A stretch of DNA of 64,000 nucleotides from Anthoceros angustus. Lineage: Eukaryota; Plantae; Anthocerotophyta. Position 1 is the first letter of the stretch. Every line of letters begins with the position of its first letter. A program made the translations under genes and the position numbers. Of the stretch, positions 61,979 through 64,000 are shown in pieces. The stretch covers positions 248,001-312,000 of the forward strand of contig VJWM01000011.1 in the NCBI GenBank assembly GCA_010909165.1, read 5' to 3'. Below the pieces are notes generated by a model that did not search any database, was not told where the DNA came from, and was given only the letters and a program-made list of their open reading frames with translations.

Positions 61979-62373
61979 AACTTACAGGTACCCTTTCCAA
62001 GGATGCTCAGGCTGGTGGCACTACTCTCATCACCTAAATAGACCTTCTCAGAAATTGCCGAAAGCACCAAACTGGTAAAGAAAGACTCATCCTTACAGAT
62101 ATGAGCAGTAGCTCCTGAATCTAGACACCAGCAGTCAAGCTCACTCGTAGAAGTGTTCAAGCAAATAGTCAATATTTTAACTACCGGCTTGCTTGAAGTG
62201 GATGCTGGTTCTATCGGTTGCTTATCTCCCATATGGTGTGAAGAGGAATGTGCAGCAGGCCGAGGAACTGCCCGTTGAGGCTCTCCTGCCTTCTTCTTGT
62301 GACATTCGCGAGCCCAATGGCCAGGTAATCCGCACCAATAGCAATTACCTTGTCGTTTTGGGTGAGAGGACAT
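61979..62373 (-). pseudogene. Outer Copia gag zinc knuckle and protease
   Basis: CYWCGLPGHWAREC and WCLDSGATAHICKD..GKGTCKF, cut by the CACTA terminus. Same strand as the RT-RH at 41366-42640. Confidence 0.85.
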
Positions 62374-63201
62374 GCACCATTAATAGTGCAGGATTAATCA
62401 AGAACCTAAACCCTAAATCAAGGATGCAACCTGGACAACGCAATAATTGCGTTGTCCAGGTTTCATCCTTGACTTACCTCGATTTGGTGGTCAGCCCTGC
62501 ATTGCGCTATAAACTCTGTTGTCGACTTTGAGCTTGTGTCCAGAAGTAAGGCGGCTTTGTTCCTCTTGAAACAAAGCCCCAATCATCTCTTCAAGCTTGT
62601 TGTGGTACTACTTTCGCTGACGGCCAGCCGGGCCAGCACCAGTCCCGTGTCGTTGCAATATGAGGTCCGTTCCCAAGGGAATGACTTGTTCCGTTTGCGC
62701 ACGTTTCCTTATATCTACTACCGATGCGTCTCAAGAATATGTAACACATGTAGCATTATTTTATTTTTAAAATTTACCTTAAAATAAATATCTTTCAGTA
62801 TTATTTTATCTTTGAAGTTCATCTTAGAATAAATATCTATCGTATTATTTTCATCACTTCACTATGACATACCGATAGAAACAGTTAAAAACTTTTCCAA
62901 GGTTTTCTAAGCCTTCTTAACTATATATTAATATTATATTGAAGATATAAAATAAACTTTTTTAAGGTTTTTCTCAAACCTTCTTAAAAATAAAGTATAA
63001 TTTATCCTCCTTTTGTCATGACAGTCAACTAATGAATTGAGACTATGATGTGATTCATCCGTGCATCATTTTTATCACGTGTCAATGAGGCCTAGCTAAT
63101 GGTCAAGGCTATGAACTATGAAACGCTGGGCTTTGGTCGTTTCTCGAAACTTGGATTTCACTTTGAAAATAAAAATCTGGACACCTCATTGATAATGTCC
63201 G

Positions 63202-64000
63202 TTACAAGCTACACAAACTCTCGAATCCCATGTAGGCTCCTGCGAAATAGGCCTTAACATTCTTCAAAGTGCCAATTAATCCTGCGAACACATTGCGTCA
63301 CAAATTTCAAATCACATAAAAATCTAGGAACCAATGCTTCCCATGCGTATGGCCGTGAAAGTGCAATAAAACATCATACCCAGGAAGATCGCACTCAAAC
63401 CGATGACCGTGCCTAAAGTGAAAGTGATGATAGAGGCTCTGCCAGTGATGGCAACCAGCTGCCTCATAATGTGGACGCCAACAGATGCTGCCACCAGAAT
63501 CCCCAGCCCAAAGTAGACAGCTATTTCATCACACCACGACGATCATCAGCTGGTGCTCGGCAGTTTAACATGTTTGCATGCTTCTGAACATGCCAATGGC
63601 AATTCTTACCGAAGTTTACAGGGAGCCGCCCGAGCAAGTAGTATTCCAGCACTGACATGGAAGAAGAGAACATTATCATGAAAGTGGAGGTAGCGGATGT
63701 GACCTGCAGAAATACAAGCAGTCATCACTATTTCGTATTGGTGGTAAGATCCGCACCATACTGGTACTGACAACATGATGGAACTAAAAATTATGACTTG
63801 GTGATGCCTGCTGTAGACACCTGCGGAGAAATTCCCAATTCCAGGAACATGGGTCCCAAGATCATGCCGCCTCCTATGCCAAGGAAGCCTCCGATTGTGC
63901 CAGCAAAACAGGAAATTAACGGGTACAGGATCAGTTTGTCAATGGTCCATGCCACTTCCGCTGCTTCAGAGGGTTCACTACGTGCAAGATCCTGCTTGCA
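63202..64000 (-). CDS. Sulfite exporter TauE/SafE family membrane protein, 3' part (5' end outside window)
   Basis: Four exons give AGTIGGFLGIGGGMILGPMFLELGISPQ / VTSATSTFMIMFSSSMSVLEYYLL / GRASIITFTL..IGLSAIFL / YMGFESLC*. Stop at 63202-63204. Confidence 0.9.

Overview
Eukaryotic nuclear DNA from a compact-genome land plant. Introns of about 80-180 bp and PLS-type PPR relics suggest a non-seed plant such as a hornwort or Selaginella; this is inference only. Bases 1-10 kb are gene-dense: SRF-type LRR-RLK 3' end, ATP23, a Gfo/Idh/MocA oxidoreductase, a START-domain protein and a divergent TFIIB. A TauE/SafE transporter 3' end closes the window at 63.2-64 kb. Between them, about 11.2-62.4 kb is one nested transposon island. 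An outer minus-strand Copia is split by two insertions. The first is a 29-kb Ty3/Gypsy (11445-40522) whose pol carries a C5 DNA-methyltransferase domain between protease and RT and a PHD finger after the integrase; it has split terminal repeats and a 46-bp flanking duplication. The second is a left-truncated CACTA that holds a plus-strand Copia with TG...TA LTRs. The Gypsy RT is itself cut by a 20.4-kb CACTA (16665-37107, TSD CTC). That CACTA's transposase gene appears to contain a SET-domain exon, and it also carries captured COP1 and PPR fragments. TE reading frames are heavily frameshifted, in a pattern that may partly reflect long-read errors at methylated CG/CHG sites. All domain calls were made by eye from motifs; no database searches were run.
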